Virus record (IMG/VR): IMGVR_UViG_3300044697_000029
Location: 20,250 to 84,249 of that record
DNA: 64,000 nucleotides
Strand: one strand, 5' to 3'
Origin: a virus
A model generated the notes under the pieces. It was not told the origin of the DNA. It ran no database searches and worked only from the letters and a program-made list of their open reading frames with translations. A program made the position numbers and the translations under genes. Shown piece after piece: positions 1 through 9,704 of the stretch (the first letter of the stretch is position 1; each line of letters starts with the position of its first letter).

Positions 1-74
1 TCGCTGTGGCCTGAGTGGCTGCGGCGGTTCGCTGTGGAAGTGCCTTACGACGACAACCAACAGGAACAGACAAC

Positions 75-653
75 ATGACCGATACTCCGAAGCCCGACCG
101 GGCACCCGTCATCCGCGCCTACATCACCGACCGCACGCTGGGGATCGTGGAGTTCCGCCGGGAAGGCGCTGTGTTGGAGACCATGAAGGTCACTGACGTT
201 GGCGATGATATTCTGGACTGTCTCGCTATCGAAGGTGCCATTCGGCTACGTCTGGCCGGCGCGTCTATCAAGGACATTCTGTCCGGCGATGCTGTGCCGC
301 TTCGCGAGCCTCCGGCCGTCAAAGTCTCCGCCCCCAAGGAGCGCAAGCCCACCCAATTGATGGTCGCCATCGCCGCAGTGAAGGAGGCTGAACTGCTGCG
401 CGCAGCGCGGCAGAACGGTGCCAAGCCGACCAAGACCGAGATTGAGGACATCAAGGCCCGGGCGCTGACCTGGGCGCGTGGCCTGTCGGCAGAACAGCAT
501 GCAACCCTTGGGAAGAATGTGCATGTCAAAGCCGAGCTTGCCAAACTGACCGGTGTAGCGAAGTCGCTGGACGAAATGCTGGCGCCGCCCGTCGAGAAAG
601 AAGCGCCCAGCGACACGGTGGACGATACCGACCTGCCAGTCGCAGCGGAGTGA
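75..653 (+). CDS. Hypothetical phage protein
   Basis: ATG at 75 after AGGA; protein-like composition; collinear with the next genes. Confidence 0.7.
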   Translation: MTDTPKPDRAPVIRAYITDRTLGIVEFRREGAVLETMKVTDVGDDILDCLAIEGAIRLRLAGASIKDILSGDAVPLREPPAVKVSAPKERKPTQLMVAIAAVKEAELLRAARQNGAKPTKTEIEDIKARALTWARGLSAEQHATLGKNVHVKAELAKLTGVAKSLDEMLAPPVEKEAPSDTVDDTDLPVAAE

Positions 654-691
654 CCACCCGCTGCATCACTCCCAGAAAAAGGAAATCACAC

Positions 692-1159
692 ATGGCCAAA
701 GATACGCCAGCCGTCTCCACGCAAGAGCGGCCCGATATCGTCACGCTGGCATCCGAAACCCTGATGGGAGACATCCGGGATTTCCTGCTTGATCGCCTCA
801 AGCGCGACCACAATCCTCTGCCGTGGCAAATGCGTCCGGAGAAGGATCAACAGGAGACAATCGATCAGGCAACGGCAGCAGCCCGACATTGGGTGAGCCG
901 TGCGGTTAGTATGATCGCTGCGCGGGGCCAGCAGGCCGCACGCGGTTCGATGGTCAAGTTCCAGTCCAAGGACGGCATTCAGATGCAGATCAACATCGCC
1001 GCATCCGACCCGCTGCGGCACAAGCTGATGGATCATGTCGGAGGCACCGTTCTGGTCATCATCGCCGACGCTGAGCAATATCAAGGCGAACGCAGTACGC
1101 CGAAGGTATCGAAGGATCAGCGCGACATTCTCGATGACGAACCGCACGACGAAGACTGA
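692..1159 (+). CDS. Hypothetical phage protein
   Basis: ATG at 692 after AAGGA; stop overlaps the next ATG (TGATG). Confidence 0.75.
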   Translation: MAKDTPAVSTQERPDIVTLASETLMGDIRDFLLDRLKRDHNPLPWQMRPEKDQQETIDQATAAARHWVSRAVSMIAARGQQAARGSMVKFQSKDGIQMQINIAASDPLRHKLMDHVGGTVLVIIADAEQYQGERSTPKVSKDQRDILDDEPHDED

Positions 1160-1356
1160 TGCCGCAGCATATCTGGAAACTCTATGGCGGTCGCAGGCGG
1201 ATTTGTGGCGCCTGCGACGTGGTGCAAACCAAGACTGGCACGGGAACCTGGGTACCAAAGGCCAAGGATATTTGTCCTGGCGACGGACGCGATTCAAGCC
1301 GCCGTGAGCGCCCCAAGCCAAATGCAGACGGCCCCCGCATATTGGAGGACGCATGA
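1159..1356 (+). CDS. Small Cys-containing hypothetical protein
   Basis: Coupled by TGATG and ATGA overlaps on both sides; H..CGAC..C pattern. Confidence 0.55.
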   Translation: MPQHIWKLYGGRRRICGACDVVQTKTGTGTWVPKAKDICPGDGRDSSRRERPKPNADGPRILEDA

Positions 1357-1829
1357 CATCAGCCCCGCCAACGCGCTCCGTCTTGCTTGTCCTCCCCTTC
1401 GCGACCGAAAGCCTAAACGTCCGCGACCGCAAGCACTGGTCGGCGCGCCGTCGCAGCCAAGACCTTATGCGAGGAGAGGTCATCGCCGCCCTCGGTGGCA
1501 CACGGGATATCCCACGACCGCCATTTGGCCGCGCTAGGATTACCGTGGTCCGATCGTCCAGCGGGCAACTCGATGAAGACAACTTGGTGAGTTCATGCAA
1601 AGCGCTTCTCGACGTGCTTTGCGTCCAGTCCGCAACGCATCCGCTCGGTTTGGGGCTGATCGAGGACGATAGCCCCCGGCACATCGAACTGATCGTGCGA
1701 CAAGGATCAGCCCCACGTGGTCGGGGTGTCACCACGGTGCAGATTGACGAATTGCCCGGCATCGTCGCGCCAGCATCGCGGCGGAAGCGCCAGGTTGAGG
1801 CTCAGACCACCCTGCCGGCCGTCGCCTGA
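1353..1829 (+). CDS. rusA: RusA-like Holliday junction resolvase
   Basis: LDEDNLVSSCKALLDVL...IEDDS matches the RusA DxDN..K...D catalytic motif. Confidence 0.75.
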   Translation: MTSAPPTRSVLLVLPFATESLNVRDRKHWSARRRSQDLMRGEVIAALGGTRDIPRPPFGRARITVVRSSSGQLDEDNLVSSCKALLDVLCVQSATHPLGLGLIEDDSPRHIELIVRQGSAPRGRGVTTVQIDELPGIVAPASRRKRQVEAQTTLPAVA

Positions 1830-1833
1830 TCGA

Positions 1834-2193
1834 TCATGACGTAATTTCGGCGCGCCAGCCCTTCGCCGCAAACCGCCCGCGCAAATCGTCTCTGGATTGG
1901 CCGAGTGCCCAGCGCAAGGATGGCGTGGCGTCCGTGCATACATCGCCCACGCAGATAATCGCCCCGACGAAGCCGCGTCCTTCAACACGCACGGTGATGC
2001 GGCGCTTTGTGGAGGGACGCTCGCCGCGCGCGATAATTGTTGGCGTCCGTGCCAACCGCTCAATCATCAGTCTCTCGTGCAGTTCGTCCCGCGAAAGATG
2101 TGGGAAAAGGTCAGCGAACAATTCAATGGCGACTGCCAGCGGCAGAAGCCTCTCAAGGCGCAATCCCATCACGCCGCGATCTGCGGCGGCCAC
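1834..2193 (-). CDS. Hypothetical protein
   Basis: Last ORF of the minus-strand early operon, converging on rusA; start uncertain. Confidence 0.55.
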   Translation of the reverse strand: MAAADRGVMGLRLERLLPLAVAIELFADLFPHLSRDELHERLMIERLARTPTIIARGERPSTKRRITVRVEGRGFVGAIICVGDVCTDATPSLRWALGQSRDDLRGRFAAKGWRAEITS

Positions 2194-3044
2194 TGACGGA
2201 TCATCAGGTCGTCGGGGATCGGCATCACCTTGTCAATCTGTTTCACAAACAGCGGCACGCCAGCCGACGCGCACTGGTCCCGGATGGACCGCATCCATGC
2301 GGGATCGACCGGTCGGCGGCGTGGACCGCTCTCACCTCCAACAATTACGAGGTCGATCTTGGCGTGCCGCGTGTATTTCGGATTGATAGCAATGTACCGA
2401 TCGCCAGCGTCAACCACGTTCGACTCCGACATACCCTCGAGGCAGTCCGTCAGCGTCTCGGCGTGGTATAGATGCGTCAGGTCAACCTCGGACAGCAGCG
2501 GTTCACACGACAGGAACCGCCGTGCCGCTGGCGTCGCCAGCAGGTTCGGAATGCGCTCATCAGCGCGCTGTTGGTCCTCGACGGACACGCCGAGCATGAC
2601 ATTGGGGAGGGGCCAGCGTTGGATAATGTGCGGTTTCTTAAGGTGTCTGGTCGGATCATTGACGAAGCCAAAATACCTCCCCGGCCGGTATTGCATGTCA
2701 TGGATAAGGTCGGCCGTTGTCGCCCCGTCGCGATCTCCCGTCATGTACTCCAGCATCCGATCGCTGCGCTTCGTCAGCACAAGATATTCATGCTGCGGCG
2801 TCAGCGCCATAATGGCAAACACCCGGTCGATCGCCTCATCCGGCAGGTTCTCGCGGAACAAATCGCTCATCGAATGTACGAACACCCGGCGAGGCTTGCG
2901 CCAGCGCATCGGCAGTTCCAGCGTTTCGGGGATCAACGCCAGCTTGCCGGTCCAGGTCGCGCCACCACACCCCGGCGATGTGCGCGAGCAACCGCGCACA
3001 GGGTTCCATACGACCTCAGCCCATTCTATGTTCGTCTTGCCCAT
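2169..3044 (-). CDS. Phage Gp37/Gp68 family (DUF5131) protein
   Basis: TNIEW..WNPVRGC..SPGC, FVHSMSDLF, VLTKR, GVSVEDQ, RFLSCEPLL, VIVGGESG and FVKQ motifs. Confidence 0.9.
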   Translation of the reverse strand: MGKTNIEWAEVVWNPVRGCSRTSPGCGGATWTGKLALIPETLELPMRWRKPRRVFVHSMSDLFRENLPDEAIDRVFAIMALTPQHEYLVLTKRSDRMLEYMTGDRDGATTADLIHDMQYRPGRYFGFVNDPTRHLKKPHIIQRWPLPNVMLGVSVEDQQRADERIPNLLATPAARRFLSCEPLLSEVDLTHLYHAETLTDCLEGMSESNVVDAGDRYIAINPKYTRHAKIDLVIVGGESGPRRRPVDPAWMRSIRDQCASAGVPLFVKQIDKVMPIPDDLMIRQWPPQIAA

Positions 3045-3053
3045 CGGTTTCTC

Positions 3054-4100
3054 CTATGCCTCGGTTCGGATGTCGGCGAACAGCCCGGCGTCGCGCCCAA
3101 GGCGGCGTGTTGCCATACCACAGTGACCCGCTCCCAGCTCTATCCCAATAGCGTGCCGCTGCAACCGATCGGCGACTAAGCATGTGGTGAAAACGCCGGC
3201 GAACGGATCGCATACCACGTCTCCCGGTCTTGACCCGGCCCGGATACAAATCTCGGCCACCTGATCCGGCATGACGGCGAAGTGTTCTTCTGCATATTGG
3301 GCGGGGCTGATCCACCACACTGACCTGAGATTGCCGCCCTCCGCAATTTGCTGGTCACGCTCCATCTTGTCCCACCGCTCGTTGAAGCCGGTGTGTCTGC
3401 GCGAATGGCCGCGTTGCTTATCCACTATACGCCGCTTTATGTCTGAGGCATTCTGAACGCCAGCCAGATCATGGCTTTTGGTTGATTGCCCAATGTAGGG
3501 CGACGCGAGTTGCGTCTGCGTAGATGCTTTTGGCGCCGATCGCACGGCTTCGTGATCGTAGTAGTACCGCTCGCTCTTGCTTAACAGAAACACATATTCA
3601 TGCGCGCGGGTAGTCCGATCAGTGCAGCTTTCTGGCATACCGTTAGGTTTGCCCCATACGTTGTCGGCGCGAAGATACCAGCCATCCGCCCGCAGCGCGA
3701 AAGCGACCATCCAGGGAATTCCAACCAGGTCCTTTGGTTTCAGGCCATTCCCAGCCCGCACGTTCGGCGAGTGTCCCGCTTGCTTCCACCCGGCATTCGA
3801 GTGCATGGAACGCGGCGCGTTGTATGTAGAACTGCTCGCGAAGCAGTCTCCCAAGTTGATCCACAGCGTGCCGTCGTCACGCAGGACGCGCCGACATTCG
3901 TGCATCACGCCGACGATTGTCTCAACGTATGCGTCTGGTGTCTCCTCCTGCCCGATTTCGAACGGCTTCAATGGGTCATCAGGCTTCAGGTACGATCGTT
4001 GCCGGAAGTAGGGCGGGGAGGTCACAATGCACTGCACGCTGCCATCCGCCAGTTCCGGCAGCCGCTCGCGGCAATCGCCCTGCATCACGGTGATTGTCAT
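3054..4100 (-). CDS. N4/N6 DNA methyltransferase (beta class)
   Basis: TSPPY catalytic motif near the N-terminus, DPFAG SAM-binding motif near the C-terminus, KPKDLVGIPW and HEYVFLLSK. Confidence 0.92.
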   Translation of the reverse strand: MTITVMQGDCRERLPELADGSVQCIVTSPPYFRQRSYLKPDDPLKPFEIGQEETPDAYVETIVGVMHECRRVLRDDGTLWINLGDCFASSSTYNAPRSMHSNAGWKQAGHSPNVRAGNGLKPKDLVGIPWMVAFALRADGWYLRADNVWGKPNGMPESCTDRTTRAHEYVFLLSKSERYYYDHEAVRSAPKASTQTQLASPYIGQSTKSHDLAGVQNASDIKRRIVDKQRGHSRRHTGFNERWDKMERDQQIAEGGNLRSVWWISPAQYAEEHFAVMPDQVAEICIRAGSRPGDVVCDPFAGVFTTCLVADRLQRHAIGIELGAGHCGMATRRLGRDAGLFADIRTEA

Positions 4101-4252
4101 CGAGACACTGCGTCCGGACTACTGGCCTCGCGCGCATGCCGGCTTGCCCACGTAAGCGCGCAATCCAGGCATAGTTCCGGCAGCCCGTCGATCTGCCGCA
4201 CCGGGAACACCGCCTGCTCTGACGTGGCGCCACAATCCTCGCAGGTCCGCAT
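4097..4252 (-). CDS. 51-aa zinc-finger-like protein (not in ORF track)
   Basis: MRTCEDC...LCLDC; start and stop overlap both neighbours. Confidence 0.6.
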   Translation of the reverse strand: MRTCEDCGATSEQAVFPVRQIDGLPELCLDCALTWASRHAREASSPDAVSR

Positions 4253-5301
4253 CACTTCGCCTCCTCAAACAGCCGCGCCTGCGTTGCGATGGGCGTCGGT
4301 TCGGGGATGAACAGGTCGCGCTGGCGGTGGGCGGCTTCGATGCGGCGGCAGGCTATGTCGAAGTACGGTTCGTGTTTTTCGATGCCGACGAACCGCCGAC
4401 CGAGTTTCAGGCATGCAACGCCGGTGGTTCCAGAACCAAGGAAACCATCCACCACAAGCTGGTTGAGCTTCGTCGAAGTTCCGACGATGTGTTCCATGAC
4501 GGAAAGGGGCTTTTCGCATGGGTGCTTACCGTCATAGCCTTGGATACAATTGTAATCCCATATGTCGCCTCTCATCCTCTCGTCATAAACAGAGAACGGC
4601 CGCCGCAGGTCTTCGTACTCCCGCCGCAGGTCTTCGTACTCCCGCCGCAGGAGAGACGTGTTCGAGCGTTGGAATAACTCCCGACACTTTTGATAGTCAG
4701 TTTGGTTCGGAAGGGATGATCCTTCCTCCCAACGCAGATAAAGAGCGCTGTCGCGGTCAATGTGATCAGCTATTTGGCGATACGAAAGGCCGGCCTCAAT
4801 ACGTTGTGATTTGAAGTAATCACCCAGCGGTCGAAAAACTCGCTTGTGAAGCGCATCGCAAGCTGCGTCGTAACCTAGTGCGTTCATCGCCGAAGCGTCG
4901 TCGCACTTCTGCGCAAATATGCATGCCTCCCAGTTTTGTTGGAACACTCGCATATCATCGGATGCCTGCTTCATATGCCAACCTTGAGGCTTCCTCCAGC
5001 GTATCGAATTGAGAAATACAAAATTCTGCCGCACGAGACGTTGGACCTCCCATTCCATTCTCGCCGACGCAAAGCAATAAAGACTCGCCCAGTCCTCCAT
5101 GATCCCCGAGCATGAAGCAAGGATCGAGCCGAGCCATTCAAGGAACTTCCCCGCATCATCCCATTGACGGTCCCACCATTCGTCCTTCACTCGGAAGTAC
5201 GGAGGGTCCATCACACACGCATCCACGCCGCTCAGAGTCGGCAGAATATCCCTACAATCACCCAACATCAGCGTAGCCGCCCCGATCCGCTCAACGCGCA
5301 T
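4252..5301 (-). CDS. DNA methyltransferase (beta class, DPPY) with inserted XRE-type HTH
   Basis: DPPY, HPCEKP and DGFLGSGTTG motifs; insert FKSQRIEAGLSYRQIA...RWEEGSSLP resembles an XRE HTH. Confidence 0.9.
   Translation of the reverse strand: MRVERIGAATLMLGDCRDILPTLSGVDACVMDPPYFRVKDEWWDRQWDDAGKFLEWLGSILASCSGIMEDWASLYCFASARMEWEVQRLVRQNFVFLNSIRWRKPQGWHMKQASDDMRVFQQNWEACIFAQKCDDASAMNALGYDAACDALHKRVFRPLGDYFKSQRIEAGLSYRQIADHIDRDSALYLRWEEGSSLPNQTDYQKCRELFQRSNTSLLRREYEDLRREYEDLRRPFSVYDERMRGDIWDYNCIQGYDGKHPCEKPLSVMEHIVGTSTKLNQLVVDGFLGSGTTGVACLKLGRRFVGIEKHEPYFDIACRRIEAAHRQRDLFIPEPTPIATQARLFEEAK
4600..4651. repeat. 21-bp tandem repeat (2.5 copies) encoding LRREYED heptads
   Basis: ccgccgcaggtcttcgtactc at 4600-4620 and 4621-4641, partial copy to 4651. 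Confidence 0.9.
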
Positions 5302-5374
5302 CACGCTGCCTCCATCCCAAACGCCACCCGCCAGCAGTCGGCGCACCAGCCGATGTCAGGCACCGCGCGGCGGA

Positions 5375-6001
5375 TCATGGCAGCCATCCGATCGTCGGCG
5401 CGCCTCGATGGTCGCGCTGGAACACGTACCATGCGAACGCCACCGCACCACCCTGCGCCTTCACGGCAGCGTCGCCGGGCGGCATACTGATACGTGATCG
5501 GAACTGCCACAGCCGCGCCAGCGTGCCGCGCGCGAACAGTTCCTGGTAACGGCGCTCTCCTTCCAACCAAGTCGTACGTTGCAGGACACACACCTTTCCA
5601 GTCGCAAAGGTCAACGCACGGCGCACGAACTGCACAGCGATACCAAAGGGCGGGTTGCTCACCACATTCGGCGGCGCATTCTGCCAGTCGGTTGCGAGGA
5701 AATCGACCCCGCCTTCGCCATAACCGCGGTCAACAAGGTCTGTGGCGAAGGTCTGGTAGCCGCGTGCTTTGCATGCCTCTGGGATATTCCCGCCACCGCA
5801 AGCCGGGTCCCAGATAGCGCCGCTGAAAGTCTCTACATCGAGAAGCGCGCAAATGGCACGGGCCGGTTCAACGTACCAGTCGTCAGTGTGCCTATCGTAT
5901 CCCGAACTGCGAGGATTGCCGCGCGGGATCAGTTCCGGTGGCGCCTCGCTCCCCGGTCGCACGGCAATGGCCGGCGCGCCGCATGCGCAGGGGGTTGTCA
6001 T
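5375..6001 (-). CDS. SAM-dependent (DNA) methyltransferase, NPPF type
   Basis: DWYVEP, WDPACGGG and VSNPPF motifs; ATG at 6001 overlaps the upstream stop. Confidence 0.85.
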   Translation of the reverse strand: MTTPCACGAPAIAVRPGSEAPPELIPRGNPRSSGYDRHTDDWYVEPARAICALLDVETFSGAIWDPACGGGNIPEACKARGYQTFATDLVDRGYGEGGVDFLATDWQNAPPNVVSNPPFGIAVQFVRRALTFATGKVCVLQRTTWLEGERRYQELFARGTLARLWQFRSRISMPPGDAAVKAQGGAVAFAWYVFQRDHRGAPTIGWLP

Positions 6002-6855
6002 GCGGCGTCCTTCCGGCTGCCGTGGCTCATTCCGTGGCCGATGAACACGATCCGTTTGCCAGTGGCGCCCGGCGACCAGCACAGGCCGCACGTCGCACAT
6101 GCCGCCGTCTTGTGGGTCTGCGCCGGGCAGATCAGACCCTCCGGCACATTGCTGCCCTCGGGCTGGCGCCAGATCGTGGTGGCCTGCATCGGCTGCGGGT
6201 TGTCGTCGGCAGCGACAGAGAACCGCATCATCCATCGGTCGGGATGCAGCGCGCCGAGCAGGTTCACCAGCCATCCGATTTGGCTTTCGGCGGGGTGCGC
6301 GGTGTAGCCGAACACGTGCAGTTCCGGCAGATCGCGCATCCATCGCCCCCAGGCGAGTGCGTAGGCCATATCCGGGAAGTCCCCGAGATTATGCAGCCGC
6401 ACCACGAAGCCCGTCTGTGCGTGCTTCACAGCCGCCGCGCGTAGCTCCCTGTCCAGCGTCGGGACCAGAGCCGGCGTGTAGCGATGGCGCCGCGCGAGGG
6501 GCATGCCGTTGCCGAAGCACTCGCGCCATAGCTGGCAGGTGCGCGGACAGGTCTCGCGTTCGACCAGGGTCAGGTGGAAGATCGGCATGCCACGCCACGG
6601 GCCTTTCAGCACGACACGACCGAGCTTCGCGCTGTTGAAGCCGGAGACCAGAAGGCGCGGGGCTTTCTCCGGATCAATGATTGACTTCTGGAACAACGTC
6701 GTGGAGTTGACGATTGCTGGGTGCGTGGCAGGCAGAGCCGCATCCTTGCGGTTTGCGTGAGCGGCGGTCCCCTTAAAGCGAGTCAGGTAGCCACCGGGAT
6801 CGCGGTGACAGCCGCCGTAAAAATCCTGCCATTGATGGGTCTGCGCATATGTCAT
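5998..6855 (-). CDS. GP88-like Cys-rich protein
   Basis: TCPRTC..C, VRLHNLGDF, FGYT and CPAQ...CATCGLC motifs. Confidence 0.7.
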   Translation of the reverse strand: MTYAQTHQWQDFYGGCHRDPGGYLTRFKGTAAHANRKDAALPATHPAIVNSTTLFQKSIIDPEKAPRLLVSGFNSAKLGRVVLKGPWRGMPIFHLTLVERETCPRTCQLWRECFGNGMPLARRHRYTPALVPTLDRELRAAAVKHAQTGFVVRLHNLGDFPDMAYALAWGRWMRDLPELHVFGYTAHPAESQIGWLVNLLGALHPDRWMMRFSVAADDNPQPMQATTIWRQPEGSNVPEGLICPAQTHKTAACATCGLCWSPGATGKRIVFIGHGMSHGSRKDAA

Positions 6856-7061
6856 ACGAACGCCCTCAGCGCCTCGACGATCGCCGCATGCTCGACGGCC
6901 GTCGCCGGAACTTCGTGGAGGATAATGCCGTGCGGCGGTGCATTGGACACCGTTCGGCATTCCAGGATCAACACGCCGCCGCGGTCGATGCGCTCGGCCA
7001 GGTCACGGAACACACTCGGCGGTATGTCGCTCGCCCGCGTGCATGAGGTGAGGTGCAGCAT
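6852..7061 (-). CDS. Small hypothetical protein
   Basis: SD-like AAGGGG upstream; stop overlaps the next ATG. Confidence 0.55.
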   Translation of the reverse strand: MLHLTSCTRASDIPPSVFRDLAERIDRGGVLILECRTVSNAPPHGIILHEVPATAVEHAAIVEALRAFV

Positions 7062-7080
7062 GGTGGTTCCCCCTTGGTTG

Positions 7081-8880
7081 TTACTCGGTCACCCACTCGG
7101 GCATCTGTGGCGTGGCGGGTTCGGCGCCGATAGGTGAACTGTACCGGCCATTGATAGCATCGAAATCCAGCGTCGCCTTCGCGCCGCGCGTTCCGAAGCG
7201 GCGATAGCGAGCTTTCCATAAGTGCAGATCAACGCTGCCGGGTTGTGGCGAATGCACCGTCAATCCCAGGTCCGGTTTGTTAAACCAGTGAGCTGAACCG
7301 CTGATGTCATATGGGCCAGGAAAGGCGCGCGTCTCTCCCGGTTTCAACGGTTGCGGCTTCGCGGGATGGCAGATCATCCATACGTTGCAGCCATGTCGCA
7401 GACCGAACGCTCGAAGCCGTTGTAATGCGCGACCAGTGTAATCAGTCTCGCTCAACGTGCCGCGCTGGTGGTCGATCTCGTTCCACGGGTCGATCACCAG
7501 ATCGGTCGTGCCATCGCGGAGCACCGTGGCAGCCGCACGGTCAAGTATCCAATCCAGCGTCGGCGAATCGTCTTCCGCGTCGCATACCAGCATGGTCACG
7601 CGAGAGGACAACCATTGCTCGGCTTCGACAACTTCCTCGTCCGACATGCTTTCGATAGCGCGGCTCGGCCAGAACGACTTACCCGAATAGACTTCGGCGC
7701 ATTCCGCAACGAATTGCTCCCACGGCTGCATCTCTGGGCTGAAGACGCCCCATTTTCTTCCGCAATCGGATGCCGTGCGCACCATGACAAAGCGCATCCA
7801 GGAAGTTTTCCCAGAGCCAGGATACCCGGTAACGACGACGAGTCGGCCTTCGGTGGGAAGATGGATCACGGCATCAGTTGCCCGAGCGCCAGTCGTCATT
7901 GTTGTCGGCGCAGGCTGCTGGCGCAGCCCCAGAAGCGTGCCGACCTTGATCCGCTGCAGCCCGCTGATCGGATACGGCTGCGCGTCTGCCACAGCCTGGG
8001 TGACGGCCTCGGGACCGTGTACGCGCAGCACGTCGCAGGCATCCTTGCAGCCATCAGGCCATGTCACAAGCCAACAGCGATGCCGTCCGAGCCGACGTGC
8101 CAGTTCCTCCCGCAGCGCCAAGCCTGGTTTGTCAGCATCCCCCGCCAACACGACGCGCTTTGCTTTTCCGAGCAGATCACCATGCGTGCGCAGCGCCTCG
8201 AACCGCTTGTCGTCAGGTCGAAATGTCGCTTCTGACGGCGCGCCGTCTGGCAGTGTGACAGCATGCCGGATGCCGCACTCGAACATTGCCATCACGTCCG
8301 GTTCACCTTCAACCCAAACGATCTCGGCGGGATCGCCGCCAAGCCGATCGACATTGAACAGCGACCGCAGCGCGTCCTTTTCCTGCATCTGCGGGGTTTT
8401 GTCCGGGTGTGGACGGTACTTCCGGTTCACTACCTCTCCGGCCAAAATGTAGGGAAAAACGATCGCCTGTTTTTCCCCAAGCGACTCGAACTGACGGATC
8501 GCTGCATAGCACCCGAATTCGTGGACGGTCCGCGCGCCGATGTGCCGCTCGGCAAAGAATTCGTATAGCCAATCCGGCCGATTGCTGACGATGGCTGGCG
8601 CGTGGGGTTTGGGCTTCTGCACCGCTCGTTCCCGCAGTGGCAGGGCTGCGTAGTCCCTCACGCGCTGTCCCCCAGACCACCCGCAGGAACCGCGGTGACA
8701 GGTCCAAACTGCACCCTGGCCGTCCTGGTCGATCGTGACAGTCAGCGAGATTTCCTTGGTTCGCCCCCCTTCGCATCGCGGACAGATGACTTGGCACGAT
8801 CGGCCCGGCGTGATTGTCTTCGGCCGAATGCGGTGATCGGCGAAGATTGCCATCAGGCTGTCTGGCGCGGACTGGACCAT
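7081..8880 (-). CDS. Twinkle/T7 gp4-like primase-helicase
   Basis: Zn finger (CPRC..CHRGSC), TOPRIM (VEGEPD, AGDAD, CKDACD), Walker A TGYPGSGKT, VIDPWN, YDISGSAHWFNKPD. Confidence 0.93.
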   Translation of the reverse strand: MVQSAPDSLMAIFADHRIRPKTITPGRSCQVICPRCEGGRTKEISLTVTIDQDGQGAVWTCHRGSCGWSGGQRVRDYAALPLRERAVQKPKPHAPAIVSNRPDWLYEFFAERHIGARTVHEFGCYAAIRQFESLGEKQAIVFPYILAGEVVNRKYRPHPDKTPQMQEKDALRSLFNVDRLGGDPAEIVWVEGEPDVMAMFECGIRHAVTLPDGAPSEATFRPDDKRFEALRTHGDLLGKAKRVVLAGDADKPGLALREELARRLGRHRCWLVTWPDGCKDACDVLRVHGPEAVTQAVADAQPYPISGLQRIKVGTLLGLRQQPAPTTMTTGARATDAVIHLPTEGRLVVVTGYPGSGKTSWMRFVMVRTASDCGRKWGVFSPEMQPWEQFVAECAEVYSGKSFWPSRAIESMSDEEVVEAEQWLSSRVTMLVCDAEDDSPTLDWILDRAAATVLRDGTTDLVIDPWNEIDHQRGTLSETDYTGRALQRLRAFGLRHGCNVWMICHPAKPQPLKPGETRAFPGPYDISGSAHWFNKPDLGLTVHSPQPGSVDLHLWKARYRRFGTRGAKATLDFDAINGRYSSPIGAEPATPQMPEWVTE

Positions 8881-9704
8881 CAGAAGTTCCACCCAGGAAG
8901 CTCTGCGCCGCTCGATGGGTCACGCGGAACTGGCGCCTTGGGAGCGATCGAGCCGCCGCCGTTTCCTTTGGTCTGCTCATTGCGACACCAGTTCCGCCAC
9001 GTGGCGAACCAGTCGGTTTTTCGCCCTTTCAGGCCGGGCTGCGCCGCCCAATAATCGCGAAACTTGTCGAAGGTGACGACCGGGTCAAGGCCGAGGCTAC
9101 GGGCAAACTGCGCGCCTTCGTGGCCTGGGTTCCATTCCTCGGGCAGCCGGAAGCCTTTTGCGTTCTCGCGTGCGCGCGCGTCTCGACTCTCGTTATCTCG
9201 TATCTCTGTATCTCGTATCTCGATTCTGTCTTTAGGGGAGGGGTTAACCCCCCCCTTTAAGGGGTTTGCGTCACAAGTCGTTTCTGGTTGGTTATCCCTA
9301 CCTGTAGATTCTACGTTATCCCTTTCTTGGTTGCCTTCCCTCATAAGGGTTGGATTGCCGCCGCGCAGTCCGTTGTTTCTTCCGGTCTCACGCGCCTCGT
9401 TGTCGCGCACCATACGCCTGCACCAGATCACTCCGTCTGCGGTCCGACTGAAAACGCCATTATCTTCCAGTTCATCTATGAGTTCCGTAACCTCTTTCTC
9501 GGTTGTATTTCCCACAAGTGCCGCGATCTGTTTGGGCGTTGGGGATTTGCCGCGCACGGTCAGATGCCCGTACGGCAAGCAACCGTGCATGATGGCGAGT
9601 AGCTCGGCCCAAAGACCACGCGCCGCAAGGCTACACAATCTAAGCCCTTCGTCATTGCGCCATTTATCGAAGCGCCACTTCACCCACGGCTGCGCGGCGG
9701 TCAT
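8880..9704 (-). CDS. Phage replication initiator-like protein
   Basis: N-terminal LRLCSLAARGLW..L winged-helix-like block, low-complexity middle, C-terminal FRDYW...DWFATWRNW; directly upstream of the helicase. Confidence 0.75.
   Translation of the reverse strand: MTAAQPWVKWRFDKWRNDEGLRLCSLAARGLWAELLAIMHGCLPYGHLTVRGKSPTPKQIAALVGNTTEKEVTELIDELEDNGVFSRTADGVIWCRRMVRDNEARETGRNNGLRGGNPTLMREGNQERDNVESTGRDNQPETTCDANPLKGGVNPSPKDRIEIRDTEIRDNESRDARARENAKGFRLPEEWNPGHEGAQFARSLGLDPVVTFDKFRDYWAAQPGLKGRKTDWFATWRNWCRNEQTKGNGGGSIAPKAPVPRDPSSGAELPGWNF
9170..9350. other. Putative replication origin inside the initiator gene
   Basis: Local GC drop, repeated TATCTC, palindrome GGGGTTAACCCC (9240-9251) and repeated GTTATCCC; same placement as lambdoid ori in O. 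Confidence 0.4.

Noticed and set aside
4600-4651. 21-bp repeat as a CRISPR array
   Set aside because: Head-to-tail with no spacers, in frame within a gene, no cas genes.
600-6100. Frequent C-terminal Ala-Ala endings as ClpXP degrons
   Set aside because: Largely explained by the next gene's SD and start overlapping the stop region in a GC-rich genome; cannot be separated from chance here.
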